The notes beneath the pieces are model-generated. The model was not told where the DNA came from and did not search any database. It saw nothing but the letters and a program-made list of their open reading frames with translations. DNA of 64,000 nucleotides from Lama glama (Eukaryota), in contig CM052817.1 in assembly GCA_028534125.1 (NCBI GenBank), forward strand, positions 84,322,001 through 84,386,000, given 5' to 3'. The position numbers and the translations under genes were made by a program. The stretch's first letter is position 1. The number at the start of each line of letters is the position of its first letter. Of the stretch, positions 60,990 through 64,000 are shown one piece after another.

Positions 60990-61260
60990 GATGGTGGTGG
61001 TAACAGCAAGTGCCCCCACAGTGCTCACTCTGTGCCCAGCACTGTTCCAGGTGCTTTTCATAAGTTAACTTACTTAGTTTTCATGATAACCCTGAGACTC
61101 CTATTTTTACATATGAGAAAATTAAAAGACAGAGGAATTTACAAATAAAGTTAAGTAACTTGCCTAGAGTCACACAGCTAGTCAGTTGTAATCAGGATTG
61201 AAAAGTGGGCCCTTTGGTTCCAAAGTCTGTGCTCTTAACATCCCCACTGTACTGTGCACC
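60990..61260 (-). mobile_element. MIR SINE
   Basis: gtgctcactctgtgcccagcactgttcc...ttttacatatgagaaaatt...gttaagtaacttgcctagagtcacacagctagt. Confidence 0.8.
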
Positions 61261-61439
61261 ATGGTAGGCGACTGGGCAATGCTAAATGTTTGTTAGATGA
61301 GTAAGTGAAAGAGAATGTATGTGTGAATGTGTGTATTAGGCATTCTAGGAATATAAATATTTACACATTTGCTTGGAAACCTGACAAGTTATAGCTTTAT
61401 TTCTGACTCTTTCCCTAAAGGTTGGCTCCTATATTCAAA

Positions 61440-62070
61440 TTTAACATGACTAACTTCAAACTTTTTGCATAGCTTTGCAAACCTATTCCTCATCCTCCTG
61501 CTCAGTTTTCACACTGATGACACTTCTGCCCTCGCTGCCTAGGTTAAAAACCTTGAAGTCAACTCTATTTCTCACTTTTTTCTTGAATGTTTTCCCCTAA
61601 ATACATTCTTCCTTTGCAGTGTTTCTTGCATCTACTCTTCATTTCTACTCAGTGTTACCATCACAACTCAAGTTCTTATAACGTAATTTTTAGATTTACT
61701 GCAGTAGTCAACTGCTCAGGCTTCTCAACATCAAGTGAAAAACGTATGTGAAGCATCTGTCAGCGCACACAGAAGTGCTCAGTTCATACAGTAGTTTTCC
61801 TTAACTTACACACCACTAGCATATTACTTTCTCTAACGCACCACTTTAATAATTTGCTTCCTTGAGCAATAATTTCCAACGGCTCTCTGCTATTGGGCAA
61901 AATAGTACAAATTCCTGAGACTGGCATTCAAAATCTTCCAAAGTTTTGGGTAATTTATCTTTCCTACCCTGTCTGCAATAGGAGCCTTCCACTTCAGTGA
62001 GACTCTCACTGTCTTGCCAACAAATCATGTATGTGCCAACTTTAGGCTAATGTTTCTGTCATTTTTCTGG
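61440..62070 (+). mobile_element. L2 fragments
   Basis: cctaggttaaaaaccttgaagtca and aaaatagtacaaattcctgagactggcattcaaaatcttcca resemble L2. Confidence 0.5.
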
Positions 62071-62629
62071 AAGTACAATGGAAACTTTTAAAAGGGGGAT
62101 TGTTTTTAGTTTCCACAGTATACACCACAGAGCTTTACACACAGGGATTCAATAACCATTTGGAGATTTATGGCTAAAGTTCTATAGGAAACCTAGTAAT
62201 TAGAAAATTTTATTCCTTATGTGATCAACAAACAGTTATTGAGGAATCTACCACAAAACATACTTTAGATAAAGATTATTTTTATTTATTTAGATTTATG
62301 TATAGTCTACTTCTTTCTCCAAAGGATTTGAAGCGGCTAAGAAAAGGTTATTTTTCAGTTAAGCATTTCCTTCGGTTTCACTTCTGAATGAAGTTTATAA
62401 GGTATTAAAGGGTGGAAAGAAAAGTGATTTCACCAGCTTTATCCCCTGAGACTTTCCTGGAGCCTGCCTGTCAGTTCTTTGCAAGTCCTTATTTCCCTGT
62501 CAGGATATGTCATTGCAGGGATAAAGGAAAGACCCAGGAGGATGATCCGACTCTGTATTATCTCTGAGAAAATGTCTCTTCATTAGAGAACATAATTGAG
62601 AGTTCCCTATATCATTAGTGAATTAGGAT

Positions 62630-62820
62630 AAACATAAAATAAGACTTTCCAGAAAGTTTCTCAGTGGTATTACACTTCAAACACTTGCCAAGTAAAGCTA
62701 TGTAATCTCTTCACTGGAAATCTTTAAAAACAGAAACATTCTTACCTATCAGGGATGATTTAAGTGTAGCCTGCCAGAAGGTACAGAGATAGAGGACATT
62801 TCCAGTTTCTATATGACATT
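62630..62820 (+). mobile_element. L3/CR1 3' end remnant
   Basis: gtaatctcttcactggaaatctttaaaaacaga...acctatcagggatgatttaag. Confidence 0.5.
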
Positions 62821-64000
62821 ATGGCACTTAAAGAGTATTCTATACTAATTAAAGAATTTAAATGAAACTATATCCAACCTCTCTATAGTTTCTAGCATAT
62901 GTTATATGTTATAAAATTTAAGGTAAAATGATCTTCTACCAATTTTAATAGAAGAATGAGGAATTCCTTATAATATCCCTGAGGATTGTTTAGCCCATCA
63001 GCGTCCTAAATCTTTTTTAGTTCACTTATATAATTCATGTATGTGTGTGACAGAAAATCCTAGACATGCCCACAAAATATAATTTAAAAATTTAGTTGTA
63101 AAATATAATTGATTTACTACCTTCTATGTTAGTAAGATTTTACAAAAATAATTTTAGACAAAGTAAATAATGCTATTAAGAAAATATTGGAATCAACACT
63201 GGGAAGTCAACCAATCCTTCAGCTGGAGATGGAAGTAGGGGAAGGGGAGCACCTATGGCAAGGGCTCCTCCTCTGTGGTCCACGGATGGGCTCAGGTATG
63301 TTCACCAACACCCTGAACTATATGCAAGATCTTCTGTGTTTCCCTTGTCTAGGAAGAAGGTCCACAGATTTCCTCAGATTTTTTTAAGACGTCTGAGGAC
63401 TAAGGAAGGATAAGGACTTTGGGCTTTTTGCCTGGGATATACAATGATTTTTTTTTTTAAGTATGAGCACATTGATTGGAGTGTTTCAGTGCTGAATATC
63501 TTTCTTACACAAACCACATCCATAATGTATCATCTACAATTGTTTCCACTTCCGGCTTCATTAAGGTAGTATAAGAATTTAAAGGTAATTGGCAAGCAAC
63601 CCAAATACAGGGTTATTCTAGATTTTTACAATATTCCCTCTATTCTTTCATAGTTGCTTGTTCAGACTTAATTCAACAGCGAATTCTCCAAAGTATACAA
63701 CTCAGTTTAAAAAGAAACAGTAACTTTCTCTTCTTTGTACTTATACATCACTGGTTTATTTAATTAAATTATATATTTCCAAAACAAGTATAACTGGCAT
63801 AACGTGGCTTGGGAACAATCACACTGATGCTGTAAAACAAGGGACAGAGGACACTAGTGTGAAGCTGACTAGGTAAGGGTGTGTGGAATGCCTTGGGCAC
63901 TGGTCAGCACCACTGCACAGAAACTTCACTGGTTAATGTGGTCCACGATTAAGTGGACATCAGCCAAGAGGGTTTTCCACTGTACCTGAACATGAACACT

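Noticed and set aside
141..63387. The many 60-180 aa ORFs in the six-frame track outside the exons listed
   Set aside because: They lie in introns, repeats or antisense to real exons, often start at non-ATG codons, and show no recognisable domain; consistent with chance ORFs.
1..64000. CRISPR arrays, tRNA/rRNA genes, prokaryotic operons, CpG-island promoter
   Set aside because: None seen. The sequence is mammalian, and the promoters of both genes lie outside the window.

Overview
Eutherian mammalian genomic DNA. It contains the complete coding region of JADE1 (PHF17, the PHD-finger scaffold subunit of the HBO1/KAT7 acetyltransferase complex) on the + strand. Ten coding exons between 3817 and 39741 join with consistent phases into an 843-aa long isoform (JADE1L). 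A 509-aa short isoform (JADE1S) arises by reading through the donor at 30116/30117 to a stop at 30143, with a candidate intronic poly(A) signal at 31825. The promoter and first non-coding exon(s) lie upstream of the window. Convergent on the - strand are the last three coding exons of SCLT1 (59192-59114, 56635-56540, 52936-52874). The rest is intronic or intergenic sequence with old repeats (L2, MIR, L3/CR1, L1, MLT1 and MER21 LTRs, MER3, MER5) and microsatellites. I see no Alu, rodent B1/B2, Can-SINE, Bov-A/tA or PRE-1 SINE. I found no convincing novel biological system. The most testable leads are regulatory: a CTCF-like motif downstream of the JADE1S poly(A) signal, a recursive-splicing-type exon in the PHD region, and a sense-oriented MER21 LTR with a consensus splice donor. 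Gene and repeat identifications come from my recollection of the orthologous and consensus sequences, not from a database search. Repeat boundaries are approximate.
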